64,000 bases of DNA from an uncultured Chloroflexia bacterium (GCA_963797855.1 CAWCQX010000008.1:34648-98647), one strand, 5' to 3'. Shown: positions 41,579 through 51,941, counted from the stretch's first letter. Numbers and translations: made by a program. Notes: a model not told the origin generated them from the letters alone.

Positions 41579-42155
41579 TCAGCGTCCGCGCTGGAACGAG
41601 GTCTGCGCGACCTCGGTCCCGTTGCGGGTGGCGACGAGCGTGTACTCGCCGTTCGGCAGTCCGCCGATCGTGAACGTCGAGTAGTAGTAGCCGTCGCCGC
41701 CTCCCTGCAGCGTGTAGGGGCCACCGTCGATCGTGCCACCCGGCCCAGCGAGCGCGACGCTGATCGCGTCGCCGGCCCTGGCATCCGAGAACCGAACCAG
41801 GGCCGTGAACGTGCCCGCGCGGGCCGGAAGGACGCCGAGGCGGCCGATGCAGCTCGACCCGGCAATCAGGCGGCAGGCCAGCACCTCGGCCTGGAAGTTG
41901 TCGGCGACGGGCGTCGCGGTCGGCGTCGGCGCCGGGGTCGGTAGCTGGCGTCAGGGTCGGTTGCGGCGTTGGCGGCGCGGTGGCGGTGACCGCTCCGCCC
42001 GGCTGGCCCGCGGTCGGGCTCGAGCGCGCGGCGGGCGTCGCGGTCGTCGCGGTCGACTCCTCATCCCCCGACCGCGGCAGGAGGATGAAGGCGACGGTGA
42101 TGATGAGGATCAGGGCAGCGGGAATGCGAAGCTGCTCGAACGTTGGCTCGGACAT
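41579..42155 (-). CDS. membrane-anchored protein with Pro/Thr linker and C-terminal Cys-pair beta-sandwich-like domain, 1 frame break (~41930)
   Basis: MSEPTFEQLRIPAALILIITVAFILLP...TPQPTLTPAT | ...FQAEVLACRLIAGSSCIGRLGVLPARAGTFTALVRFSDARAGDAISVALAGPGGTIDGGPYTLQGGGDGYYYSTFTIGGLPNGEYTLVATRNGTEVAQTSFQRGR*. Confidence 0.55.
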
Positions 42156-42194
42156 CGCCCGGTCCGTTCCTGCACGCGCCGCGCCAGAGAGTCC

Positions 42195-43319
42195 CTACGA
42201 GACCTCGAAGGTCGTCGTGCTGGCCAGCTCACCGTTGCGCGTGACCCGCACTTCGTAGGTGCCCGGCGTCAGCCCGTCGAACGGGAAGAAGGTGTAGCCA
42301 CCGCACGACGCGGTGCAACCGATGTCCGCAAGGTCGATCGACCCGTCGACGGTTGAGCCGTCCGGCGCGATGAGCGAGGCGCCGACCACGTCATTGCTGG
42401 TCCCGTTCGTGAAGCCGACCCAGATGTCGACCGAGCCGGAGTTGCTGGCGCCGTTCGAGTCGCAGCCGGTCGGAGTCACGCTGCCGCGGATGCAGGGCTG
42501 TGCGTCGGCGGTGAAGCCATCGGGGAAGACGACCGGCTCGCCGCTCGCCCCCGGCGACCCGCTGGCATCCGGCGATCCGCTCGCCCCCGCGCTCGCTGAC
42601 GGGGTCGGCTCGGCGGTCGCGACCGCGGTCGCCGAGGGCGACGGCGTGGCGTCGACCTGGCCGACTCCCGGTCGGACGAAGACGCCGGCCAGCACGGCGC
42701 CGCTGAGCAGCGCCAGCACCCCGAGCGCGAGGAAGCCGAGGATCGCGACGGCTCCGAGGCCGGCCCGCCGCTCAGAGGGTTCCTGCCACTCCTCGTAGGG
42801 ATAGCCGTAGTCCTCCTGGTCGTAGGCGGCATCATCGAAGTTGTCGACGTGCTCCGGCTCGGGGGCATCGGTGATCGGCACGTCCGACGGTGGCGCGCCC
42901 CAGTCCGGCGGCGGCGCCGCGGCGGAGATCGGCGCGGCGGCCGGGCGCGCCCACTCGTCGCGATCGCGGGTCACGTCGCTGGCGGCCATCCCGGCAGCAG
43001 CCGCCGCGGCTCCCTCGTCGAGGTAATCGTGATGTGCCGCCTCGCCGGCGTCGGGGCGTCGTGCCTGGGTGTCGATCGGATCCGGCTCAAAGCGCTCGTA
43101 CCCGCCGTGATCGTCCTCCACGGCTCCCCCGCGACGGTACGGATCGCCGCCGGAACGTCGAGCGCGGATGCGATCCTGCAGCTCGTCGCGGTCCATCCCG
43201 CGCGGGCGGATGCGGGCGTCCGAAGGGATCGCCGAGCCGCACTGGGTGCAGAAGGCGGCGGGTGGCGTGGAGCGGTGGCACGTCGGGCAGCGGATCTCGC
43301 CCGGCTTGGGGGTCGCCAT
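42195..43319 (-). CDS. zinc-ribbon / disordered acidic region / TM / Ser-Pro-Ala linker / Cys-rich beta-sandwich-like domain protein
   Basis: Intact from ATG 43319: MATPKPGEIRCPTCHRSTPPAAFCTQCG...; TM LGAVAILGFLALGVLALLSGAVLAGVF; C-terminus PCIRGSVTPTGC...GLTPGTYEVRVTRNGELASTTTFEVS*, paralogous to the C-terminus of 41579..42155. Confidence 0.6.
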   Translation of the reverse strand: MATPKPGEIRCPTCHRSTPPAAFCTQCGSAIPSDARIRPRGMDRDELQDRIRARRSGGDPYRRGGAVEDDHGGYERFEPDPIDTQARRPDAGEAAHHDYLDEGAAAAAAGMAASDVTRDRDEWARPAAAPISAAAPPPDWGAPPSDVPITDAPEPEHVDNFDDAAYDQEDYGYPYEEWQEPSERRAGLGAVAILGFLALGVLALLSGAVLAGVFVRPGVGQVDATPSPSATAVATAEPTPSASAGASGSPDASGSPGASGEPVVFPDGFTADAQPCIRGSVTPTGCDSNGASNSGSVDIWVGFTNGTSNDVVGASLIAPDGSTVDGSIDLADIGCTASCGGYTFFPFDGLTPGTYEVRVTRNGELASTTTFEVS

Positions 43320-43388
43320 GTCCCGCGCATTGTGCCCGTGATGGGAGGTGCGTGCACGCGCCAGTGGGTCGGCTACGCTCCGTCGTCC

Positions 43389-43908
43389 ATGCGTCGAATC
43401 AACGTGGTCGGCACGAGCTGCTCCGGCAAGACGACGCTGGCCCGTGACCTGGCCGCTCGGCTCGGCCTCCCCCACGTGGAGATCGACGCGCTGTACTGGG
43501 GACCCGGGTGGAAGGGACTGCCGATGGCCACCTTCCGCGCCCGCCTGGAGGACGCCCTCGCCGCCGACGCCTGGATCGCCGATGGCGGCTACGAGATGGC
43601 CCGCGACATCACCTGGCGCCGAGCCGAGTCGGTCGTCTGGCTCGACTATTCCCTCGCCGTGGTGCTCGGTCGCTGGTCGCGTCGAACGGTCAGGCGGATC
43701 CGCACCCAGGAGGAGTTCTGGCCCGGAACGGGCAACCGCGAGTCGCTCCGCAACGCCCTGCGGCCGGACGGTCTGCTGTGGTGGATCCTCCGCACGCATC
43801 GTGGACGTCGCCGGCGGATGGTCGAGCGGCTCGCCCTCCGGCCCGACCTCGCAGGTCGTGCGACTGCGATCACCGGCCGAGACGCGGAGGTGGCTGGCGA
43901 CGGTCTAG
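43389..43908 (+). CDS. P-loop kinase-like ATPase (adenylate kinase / topology-modulation FlaR-like), 1 frame break (~43850)
   Basis: MRRINVVGTSCSGKTTLARDLAARLGLPHVEIDALYWGPGWKGLP...ADGGYEMARDITWRRAESVVWLDYS... | VVRLRSPAETRRWLATV*. Confidence 0.65.
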
Positions 43909-44555
43909 GCGCCGGGCCGCTTCCATTCGCTGCCGTCGGCGAAGCGCTCGCGCTTCCAGATCGGCAGCCGCTCCTTGATCGCCTCGATCACGAACCGATT
44001 CGCCTCGTAGGCCTCCGCGCGATGGCGCGCCGCGGTCACGATCGCCACCGCCGCCTCGCCGATGGGGACCAGCCCGGAGCGATGCACGACCGCACACGCC
44101 ACGCCGAAGCGCCGCTCGGCCTCGGCGCGGATCTCATCCAGGACCGAGTCGGCCATCTCGGCGTACGCCTCGTACTCGAGCTCGATGACGGTCCGCCCGT
44201 CGTCGGCGACGTCGCGGGCACGACCGACGAACGTGACGATCGCCCCCATCCCCGACCCGGCCACCGAGCGCTCGAGCGCGGCGACGTCGATCGGAGCCTC
44301 GGTCAGCGACGACGCTCCGCCGCTGACCGGCGGAAGGAAGGCGACGACGTCGCCCTCGGCGACCGGCTCGCTCCACGCGACGTAGGTGCCGTTGCGGGCC
44401 GCTCGCACGTACGGCCGCTGCGGCTCGAGCGCGGGAAATCGGGCCTGCAACGCCGACCAGGCGTCGTCGACGGTCGCCGCGGAACCGAGCTCCAGCTCGC
44501 ATCGGTCCACCGACAGCTCGCGCAGCGAGGCGAACGTGCGCGCCGTGATCCGCAT
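43905..44555 (-). CDS. moaE: MoaD-MoaE fusion (molybdopterin synthase sulfur carrier + catalytic subunit)
   Basis: MRITARTFASLRELSVDRCELELG...VAEGDVVAFLPPVSGG (MoaD with C-terminal GG) fused to ASSLTEAPIDVAALERSV...GAIVTFVGRARD...LEYEAYAEMA...VHRSGLVPIGEAAVAIVTAARHRAEAYEANRFVIEAIKERLPIWKRE (MoaE). Confidence 0.8.
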   Translation of the reverse strand: MRITARTFASLRELSVDRCELELGSAATVDDAWSALQARFPALEPQRPYVRAARNGTYVAWSEPVAEGDVVAFLPPVSGGASSLTEAPIDVAALERSVAGSGMGAIVTFVGRARDVADDGRTVIELEYEAYAEMADSVLDEIRAEAERRFGVACAVVHRSGLVPIGEAAVAIVTAARHRAEAYEANRFVIEAIKERLPIWKRERFADGSEWKRPGA

Positions 44556-44559
44556 CGGC

Positions 44560-45337
44560 CTAGACCGGCACGCCGGTGAGGTAGGCGATGCTGGCGCCGG
44601 CGATCGAGCCGGCCATGACGAGCGCAAGGCCGATGTACAGCAGGCCGGTCGAGGCCTGCAGCGAGGCCGCCGAGGAGGCGGCGATCGCGAGGCCGGCGGC
44701 CACGAGCGGGAGGACGATCCCGACCGCCAAGCCGCAGCCACGTGAGGAGCCCGAGCCCGCCCTCGAGCGCCTCGGGCCCGGCGCTCACCGCGACGACGAA
44801 GGCGATCCCCTGCAGGACGAGGCAGCCGACGAGCAGCCACATCATCCGCCGCAGCGGGGCCGGCGACAGCTTCGGCGTGACGAGGTACCAGTGCCCGAGC
44901 AGCATGCTGGCGTTCACCGCACCGAGCGCGAGCGCCGCCAGGACCAGCTGCCAGGCGAACAGCGCGGCGTTGTCGGTCCCACCGGCCGCGGCGAGCACGA
45001 CGAGCGCCGCGAGCCCGACGAGCCCGGAGGCGATCGCGAGGCCGCTCCGCGGCCATCGAGCCAGCGACGCGACGAGGTAGGCGACCGCGCCGGCCGCGAA
45101 GGCGAGGGTGAGCGGCCGCCGCACCGAGGCCGTGGCCGAGGCCTCGACCCCGGCCGGCAACGCGAGGTCGCTGGCCACGAGGACGGCGGCGAACGCGACG
45201 AGCAGCCAGGCCATGAACAGCCGATAGCCGCGGGTCGTGCCGCCGAGGCGCTCGGTGATGCCGACGACGAGCAGCGTGCCGGCCGAGAGCGCGGCCCAGA
45301 AGATCCAGTTGACGAAGAGGATGGCCTCGATCTGCAT
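44560..45337 (-). CDS. polytopic membrane protein of unknown function, 1 frame break (~44730)
   Basis: MQIEAILFVNWIFWAALSAGTLLVVGITERLGG...NASMLLGHWYLVTPKLSPAPLRRMMWLLVGCLVLQG...LLTWLRLG | VGIVLPLVAAGLAIAASSAASLQASTGLLYIGLALVMAGSIAGASIAYLTGVPV*. Confidence 0.55.
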
Positions 45338-45348
45338 CGGCCCGGTGG

Positions 45349-45708
45349 CTACGCGGCGCCCTGGCGCGGTGCGAGGCTGCCGGTCAGGGCGAGCTCGACC
45401 CAGCCGTCGATGACGCGGACCCCGAAGGTCTCGACCGGCTCGGTGGCCGGCGGCACGACCGCATCGCCGGTTCGCACGTCGAAGCAGCCCCCGTGCCACG
45501 CGCAGACGAGGACGCCGTCGCGCGGGTCGAACCCCGCCTCGCTCAGCGGAAAGTCCTTGTGCGAGCAGTTGTTCTGGACCGCGAAGAACTCGCCGGCGTG
45601 GCGGACGAGGACGACGGGCGTCCCGTCGATCTCGACCGGAATCAGCTCGCCGTCGCGCAGCTCGTCGGCGCGCAGGATGCGCGCGTAGCGCGGGGCCGCG
45701 ACGGTCAC
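45349..45708 (-). CDS. Rieske [2Fe-2S] ferredoxin-type protein
   Basis: (V)TVAAPRYARILRADELRDGELIPVEIDGTPVVLVRHAGEFFAVQNNCSHKDFPLSEAG...VCAWHGGCFDVRTG. CxH...CxxH present. GTG overlaps the ALDH stop (GTGA). Confidence 0.8.
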   Translation of the reverse strand: MTVAAPRYARILRADELRDGELIPVEIDGTPVVLVRHAGEFFAVQNNCSHKDFPLSEAGFDPRDGVLVCAWHGGCFDVRTGDAVVPPATEPVETFGVRVIDGWVELALTGSLAPRQGAA

Positions 45709-47154
45709 GACGACGGCGTGGGTGCGAACGCCAGCAGCCGCGGCTCGGTCATGTCCTCGATGCTCCAGCGCAGTCCCTCGCGTCCGAGCCCGGAGTCCTT
45801 GACGCCGCCGTACGGCATCGCGTCGGTTCGCCAGGTCGGAGCGTCGTTGACGATGATGCCGCCGACCTCGAGCTCGTCGTGGGCGCCGAGCGCGTGGTCG
45901 AGCGACGCCGTGAACACGCCGCACTGCAGGCCGAAGCGGCTGTCGTTGATCGCGGCCAGCGCGTCGGCGAAGGTGTCGACGGCGAAGAGGTTGACGACGG
46001 GCGCGAACGCCTCCTCGGAGCAGATCATCGCGTCCCGCGGCACGTCGACGAGCACCGTCGGCGGGTACCAGCGGCCGTCGGGCTCGCCGGAGACGAGCGC
46101 GCGGGCGCCGTCGCGGATCGCATCGGTCACCCAGCCGTGCGTGCGCTGCACCGCCTTCTCGTCGACCATCGGTCCGAGCTCGGTGGCCGGGTCGAGCGGG
46201 TCGCCCATCTTCACGCGTTCCACGCGCTCGACGAAGCGGCTCGCGAACTCGTCGTAGATCGCCCGCACGACGTAGATGCGCTGGACGCTGATGCAGACCT
46301 GCCCGGCGTACGCGAACGAGCCGAAGACCAGCCTCTCGACCGCCCAGTCGAGGTCGGCGGTCTCGTCGACGATCGCCCCGGCGTTGCCGCCGAGCTCGAG
46401 GACGACCTTCTTCTTGCCGGCCTCCGCCTTCATCTTCCAGCCGACCGATGGCGAGCCGGTGAACGAGAGCAGCTTGAACCGATCGTCGGAGACCATCCGA
46501 TCGCCGGTGGGCCGATCCATCGGCAGGATGCTGACCGCGCCCGCCGGCAGGTCGGTCTCGGACAGGTACCCGGCGATCCGCAGCATGACGAGCGGGTCCT
46601 TGGACGGCGGCTTGAGCACGATGCTGCATCCGGCCGCGATCGCCGGCGCGACCTTGTGCGCGGCCAGGTTGAGCGGGAAGTTGAACGGGCTGATCCCCGC
46701 CACGGGACCGATCGCGTAGCGGCGCACGATCCCGTGCCGGCCCTTGTTCGCGGGCGCCCAGTCGAGGGGCAGCCACTCGCCGTTGATGCGGAGCGCCTCC
46801 TCCGCCGCGGTCCGGAACGTCAGGGCTCCGCGCGCCACTTCGCCGCGAGCGTCGCGGATCGGCTTCCCCGACTCGCGGCTCAGCAGCGTGGCGAGCTCGT
46901 CGGCGTCGCGCTCGATGCAGGCCGCGACGTGGGCCAGCGCATCCCGCCTCGCGTAGCTCGGGAGCCGTTTCGTCTCCTCGAAGGCCGCGACGGCCGCCTC
47001 GGTCGCGCGCTCGAGCTCGTCTGGCACCGGCCTGGAACGTCGTCGCCACGATCTCGTCCGTCGCGGGGTTCCGCACCTCGAGCGGCGTGCCGGCTTCCAC
47101 GAACTCGCCGGCGAGGTAGATCGGGACGCTGGGAGCCTGGACCTCGGTCGTCAT
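45705..47154 (-). CDS. NAD(P)-dependent aldehyde dehydrogenase, 1 frame break (~47030)
   Basis: MTTEVQAPSVPIYLAGEFVEAGTPLEVRNPATDEIVATTFQA | PDELERATEAAVAAFEE...ISPFNFPLNLAAHKVAPAIAAGCSIVLKP...VVLELGGNAG...YAGQVCISVQR...EEAFAPV. Confidence 0.85.
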
Positions 47155-47257
47155 GGCCCGATTCTACGACCGGATCGGCCCGTGACCGCCACGGCGCGAC
47201 GAACGACGTACCGCGCGAAGGCCGCTCGCCCGATGGCGCGGCGGCAGCGCGAGGGCG

Positions 47258-48258
47258 ATGCTTCGATCCATGGCCGTCACCTCGTTCATCACGCTCTCGC
47301 CGGAAGGCGCGCGGCGCGCGACCGGGCTCGCGATGCTCACCGCCACGGCGTTCTTCTTCGGCGGGGCGATGGTCGCCGGCAAGGTCGCCGTCGCCGAGGT
47401 GCCGCCGTTCACGGTGGCGGCGGCGCGGTTCGCGATCGCGGCCGTCCTGCTCTTCGCGCTCCGCCTGGCCTGGCCGTCCCTCAATCGCGGCTCGACGCGC
47501 CCGGGCGTCCGCGACCTGCCGATCATCGCGGCGCTGGCACTGAGCGCCAGCGCCGGCTACAACATCCTCTTCCTCAACGGCCTGCGGCTCTCCCCCGCAA
47601 CCGATGCCTCGATGATCATCCCCGGGCTGGCCCCGATCGTGAGCACCGTCCTCGCCGCGATCGTCCTGCGCGACCGGCCGAACCGGACCGCCATCGATCG
47701 GGCTGGCGGTCGCGGCCGTCGGAGTGCTGCTCGTCGTCGACCCGTCGGGCTCGATCGCCGCGGATCGCCTCGCCGGCGACGCGCTCTTCGTCGGCTGCGC
47801 GATCCTGTTCGGCTCGTACTTCCTGATCAGCCGCGTGGCCGGCGCCCGGTTCAGCCCGATCAGCGTGAGCCTGTACGGCGCCACCGGGGCAGCGCTGATG
47901 CTCCTGCCGCTGGCCATCGCGGAGGGCGGGCTGTCGAAGCTCCTCGACGCCGGCCCGCAGACGTGGCTCGCCATCGGCCAGCTCTCCATCCTCGCGACGG
48001 TCGCCGCGTTCGTCCTGCTCAACGAGGGCATGCGCCGCCTCGGCGTGTCGCGGTCGGCCGCATTCGCGCTGATGATCCCCGTCTTCGGGATGCTCCAGGC
48101 GATGCTCGTGCTCGGCGAGCACGTCGCCGCCACCGCCGTCGATCGGCGCGGCCGTCGTGCTGGCGGGCATCTGGCTCGTCCAGGGCGGCCGGCTGCCGAC
48201 CCTGCCGAGCCGCGTCCGGTTCGCTCCTCGACCGCGAGCGTCGACGAACCCCGCCTGA
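47258..48258 (+). CDS. DMT superfamily (EamA-like) transporter, 2 frame breaks (~47700, ~48140)
   Basis: Two EamA halves: FFFGGAMVAGKVAVAEVPPFTVAAARFAIAAVLL...PGLAPIVSTVLAAIVLRDRP | ...GDALFVGCAILFGSYFLISR...ILATVAAFVLLNEGMRRLGVSRSAAFALMIPVFGMLQAMLVLGEHV | ...IGAAVVLAGIWLVQGG...*. Confidence 0.7.
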
Positions 48259-48303
48259 GGCGAGCCGCCCGGTCGCCGGGAAAACTTGCTACGATGGGGG
48301 CGC

Positions 48304-49237
48304 ATGAACCCGCTCTACGTCGTCCTCGAGCTCGGAGCGACCACGTTCTTCGTCATCGCCGCGGTCTTCGCGCTCCGACGCGGGCGCCTGCCGTTCCTCG
48401 AGCTGATCAGCGCGGCGGCGTTCGGCATCCTGCTCGAGGAGGGCGACCAGCTGATCTTCGAGACGTACCACTACTCGTCGGACTGGCTGCTGGCCATCGA
48501 CCGGGCACCGGTCGTCATCGGTCTCACGTGGGCGCTGATCATCGCCGGCGCGATGCGCATCACCGACGCGCTCGGCGTGCGACGCCGCTACGCGCCGTTC
48601 GTCGATGCCGTGCTGGTCGTCATGCTCGACCTCGCCTTCGATGCGGTCGCGATCCGGATGGGCCTCTGGACGTGGCGCAACGTCGGACTCGCCGACGGCT
48701 GGTTCGGCGTGCCGGCCGGCAACTTCTACTCGTGGCTCTTCGTCACCCTCGGCTTCAGCATCTTCACCCGCTACCTGCGCGATGCCGCGCGTGACCGGCC
48801 GTCGCTCGAATGGCTCCAGCTGCTGGTGCCGATCCCGGCCTTCGTCTTCCTCGTCGCCTGCATCATCCCGTTCGCCCTGATCCTGCCCTTCGTCGATCCC
48901 GCCCCCGGCGGCGGGCTGGTCCTCTTCGTCATCACGTTTGCCGCCTTCCTCGCGGTCGCGCTGGATCGGCATCTTCGGGCCGGACCGCGGCCACCCCGAC
49001 GGCGCGTCGGTCGCGATCCTCGACCTGCGGATCGCGTTCGTCATCCGCTTCGCGATCCACGGCTTCTTCCTGATCGCGCTCCTCTGGCTCGGCCTCGCCC
49101 AGACCGCGCCGATCCTGCTCGTCGTCTCGCTCGTCATGCTCGCGGCGGAGGTGCCGCTGGCGCTCCTCACCGAGCGGCGGCACGCGACCGCGGTTCCCAG
49201 GCGGCCGCCGATCGGAGAGCCCCTCCCGGAGGCCTGA
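48304..49237 (+). CDS. carotenoid biosynthesis-type membrane protein (Caroten_synth/DUF422-like), 1 frame break (~48965)
   Basis: MNPLYVVLELGATTFFVIAAVFALRRG...DAVAIRMGLWTWRNVGLADGWFGVPAGNFYSWLFV... | IGIFGPDRGHPDGASVAILDLRIAFVIRFAIHGFFLIALLWL...*. TACGAT box 8 nt before the ATG. Confidence 0.5.
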
Positions 49238-49249
49238 GGTGGGCGGCGC

Positions 49250-49255
49250 TACCAT
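49250..49255 (+). promoter_or_regulatory. -10 box TACCAT, 6 nt before the MFS GTG (leaderless)
   Basis: gcgcTACCATcgcggcGTG. Confidence 0.35.
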
Positions 49256-49261
49256 CGCGGC

Positions 49262-50464
49262 GTGTCGGATCGCGCGGTGGGCTCTCGCGTCGGTCGCGTC
49301 GTCGGCGCCGTCGATCCGGCGCTGGGGTTGCTGGCCGCCATCGGCTTCGTCAGCCAGGTCGGGATCAGCGTCATGCTCCCGCTCCTGCCGCTGTACGCGA
49401 CCGAGCTCGGCGCGCCGCCGATCGTCCTCGGGCTGCTGACCAGCGCCTTCGCCGTCACGAACGCCTTCGGCCAGCTCGGTGCCGGGTTCCTCTCCGAGCG
49501 CTGGGGAGCGCGGCGGCTGATGACGGCCGGGCTGGCGCTGTACGGGGCGATGAACGCGCTCATCGCGACCGCCGCCACCGCCGCGTGGCTGCTCACCTGG
49601 CGCACGACCGCGGGGTTCGGCGGCGGGGCGATGATCGTGTCGGAGCGGATCTACCTCGCCCAGTCCATCGTGCCCGCGCGACGCGCCTTCGCCAACGGCA
49701 TCATCTCGGCGGCCCAGTCGGCGGGAACGGTCATGGGGCCGGCGTTCGGGGGCTTCGCCGCGGCGATCGGCGGGCTGCGAGCGCCGTTCGTGATCGTCGC
49801 GATCACGAGCGCGGTCGCCCTGGTCGGCACGCTCTTCCTCCCCTCTCGGGGTCGAGCCACCACCTCCGCCGAGGACGATGGGGAGCCCGATGAGCCGATC
49901 CGGGTCGGCGCCCTGGCGGCGCTGCTGGTCGCCAACCTGGCGCTGCTGGCCTCGTACGGCGGATTCATCACGACCTACGCGCCGTTGGCCACGACCGAGC
50001 TCGGGTGGTCGATCGTCGAGGTGGGGATCGCATTCTCGTTCTTCGGCGCCGGCAGCATCCTGCTCGGTCCGGCCCTCGCCCACCTGGCCGACCGGATCGG
50101 CCGGCAGCCGGTGGCGATCGTGTCGCCGATCGCGGTCGCCGCGTTCGGGCTGGGTCTCGTGATCGGGCTCCCCCAGCCCGCGATCTACGGGCTCGCGGTC
50201 CTGGCCGGCGGCGGGCTGACCGCCTTCAGCGCCTCGTGGTACGCGCTCCTCGCGGACACCGCGTCCGAGCGGCGCCTCGGCCGCACGTTCGGGATCATCA
50301 ACGCGCTCTCGACGCTCGGGATCGTCGCCGGATCCATCGCGGCCGCCGAGCTGTGGACGCGCGTCGACATCGTGGCAGGCATGATGGTCGGCGTGATCGC
50401 GCCCTTCGTGGCCGGCGCGGCGATGCTCGCCTACCGGCCGCGCCCGCTACCGTCGACCGCATGA
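49262..50464 (+). CDS. MFS transporter
   Basis: Intact 400 aa, 12-helix profile, GFLSERWGARRL and LADRIGRQP loop motifs. The stop overlaps the next ATG (ATGA). Confidence 0.85.
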   Translation: MSDRAVGSRVGRVVGAVDPALGLLAAIGFVSQVGISVMLPLLPLYATELGAPPIVLGLLTSAFAVTNAFGQLGAGFLSERWGARRLMTAGLALYGAMNALIATAATAAWLLTWRTTAGFGGGAMIVSERIYLAQSIVPARRAFANGIISAAQSAGTVMGPAFGGFAAAIGGLRAPFVIVAITSAVALVGTLFLPSRGRATTSAEDDGEPDEPIRVGALAALLVANLALLASYGGFITTYAPLATTELGWSIVEVGIAFSFFGAGSILLGPALAHLADRIGRQPVAIVSPIAVAAFGLGLVIGLPQPAIYGLAVLAGGGLTAFSASWYALLADTASERRLGRTFGIINALSTLGIVAGSIAAAELWTRVDIVAGMMVGVIAPFVAGAAMLAYRPRPLPSTA

Positions 50465-51860
50465 CCGCGGATCTTCGTCCGTTCCTCGACCTCGACGCCT
50501 GCGTGGAGCACCTGCGCGGGCTGATCCGGATTCCCTCCGTCAACCCGCCCGACGGCGGAACCGACGTCGCCGCCGGCCGCGATCCGCGCGGCGGGGAGGC
50601 GGCGGCCGCGCGCTACTGCGCCGAGGTGCTCGAGGGCGCGGGGATCGCGTCCGAGGTCATCGAGCTCACACCCGGCCGCGGCTCGTGCGTCGCTCGCCTC
50701 GCTGCGTCCGGTCCGGCCACCGAGCCCCCGCTCGTGCTCCTCTGCCACATCGACGTCGTCCCGGTCGACGCGGAGGCCTGGACACGCGACCCGTTCGGCG
50801 CGGAGCTCGTCGACGGCGTCGTCTGGGGCCGCGGAGCGATCGACATGAAGAACATGGTCGCGATGGAGCTGGCGGTGATGCTCGCGCTCCGCCGCTCCGG
50901 CGCCGACCTCCGCCGAGACGTGATCTTCGCGGCGGTCGCCGACGAGGAGGCCGGTGGCGAGCACGGGGCACGCGGCCTCGTCGAGCAGCGGCCCGAGCTC
51001 TTCCACGACGCCGCCGGACGCCCCGCCGCCGCGGCGCTCAACGAGGTCGGTGGCTACTCGATCACGCTGGGCGGCCGGCGGTTCTACACGATCCAGGTCG
51101 CGGAGAAGGGGATCGCCTGGACGCGGCTGCGCACGACCGGCACGACCGGCCACGGCTCGATGCCGCACGACGCCAACGCCGCCATCCGCCTCGCTCGGGC
51201 CGTCACGGCGCTGGCGGCCGACCAGGCCGAGCGGCCGGCGCGCGTGATCGAGGTCGTGGGTGACTTCCTCCGCGCGCTCGGGCTGGGATCCGTCGCCGAG
51301 CTGGCCGAGACCGACCCCGCCGGCGCGAGCGCGGCGCTCGAGGATCGCGTTGCCGACCCGGTCCTGCGCCGCTCGATCGACGCGATGCTGCGGGACACCG
51401 TCACGCCCACCGTCCTCCACGCCGGGAAGAAGGTCAACGTCATTCCCGGCGCCGGCGAGGCGGAGGTCGACATTCGCACCCTGCCGGGGACCGACCAGGC
51501 CGCGCTCCTGGCGCAGCTCCAGGCGCTCGTCGGCGACGACGCGACCGTCGAATCGGTCATGTCCCTGCCCGTCGATCGAGTGGCCGGCCGACGCCGAGAT
51601 CGTGAGGCTCATGGAGTCGGCGCTGACTCGGGCGCGATCCCGAGGGGACTCCCGTGCCGATGATGATCACGCTCGGCACCGATGCGAAGGCGCTCGCGCA
51701 GCTCGGGATCCCGTGCTACGGCTTCGCCCCGCTGCGCCTCGAACCCGAGATGCCGTTCCTCAGCCTCTTCCACGGCCACGACGAGCGGGTACCGGTGTCG
51801 GCCCTCGCCTTCGGGCTGCCCGTGCTCGCCGACGTCGTGGCGGGATACGCGACCCGCTGA
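50461..51860 (+). CDS. M20/M25/M40 family metallohydrolase, 2 frame breaks (~51570, ~51640)
   Basis: MTADLRPFLDLDACVEHLRGLIRIPSVNPP...LLCHIDVVPV...GRGAIDMKN...AVADEEAGGEHG...TGTTGHGSMP... | SIEWPADAEIVRLMESAL | PMMITLGTDAKALAQLGIPCYGFAP...FHGHDERVPV...*. Confidence 0.8.
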
Positions 51861-51928
51861 CGAGGCCGCGCTCACGCTCAACCGAGTGGCGGACCAGGCT
51901 CCCCGATTCGGCCATTCGTGCACGCTCG

Positions 51929-51941
51929 GCTATACTCCCGC
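51929..51941 (+). promoter_or_regulatory. -10 TATACT plus discriminator, identical 13-mer to the tRNA-Ala(CGC) promoter
   Basis: GCTATACTCCCGC, 36 nt upstream of the fabD ATG; identical to 6723..6735. Confidence 0.4.
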
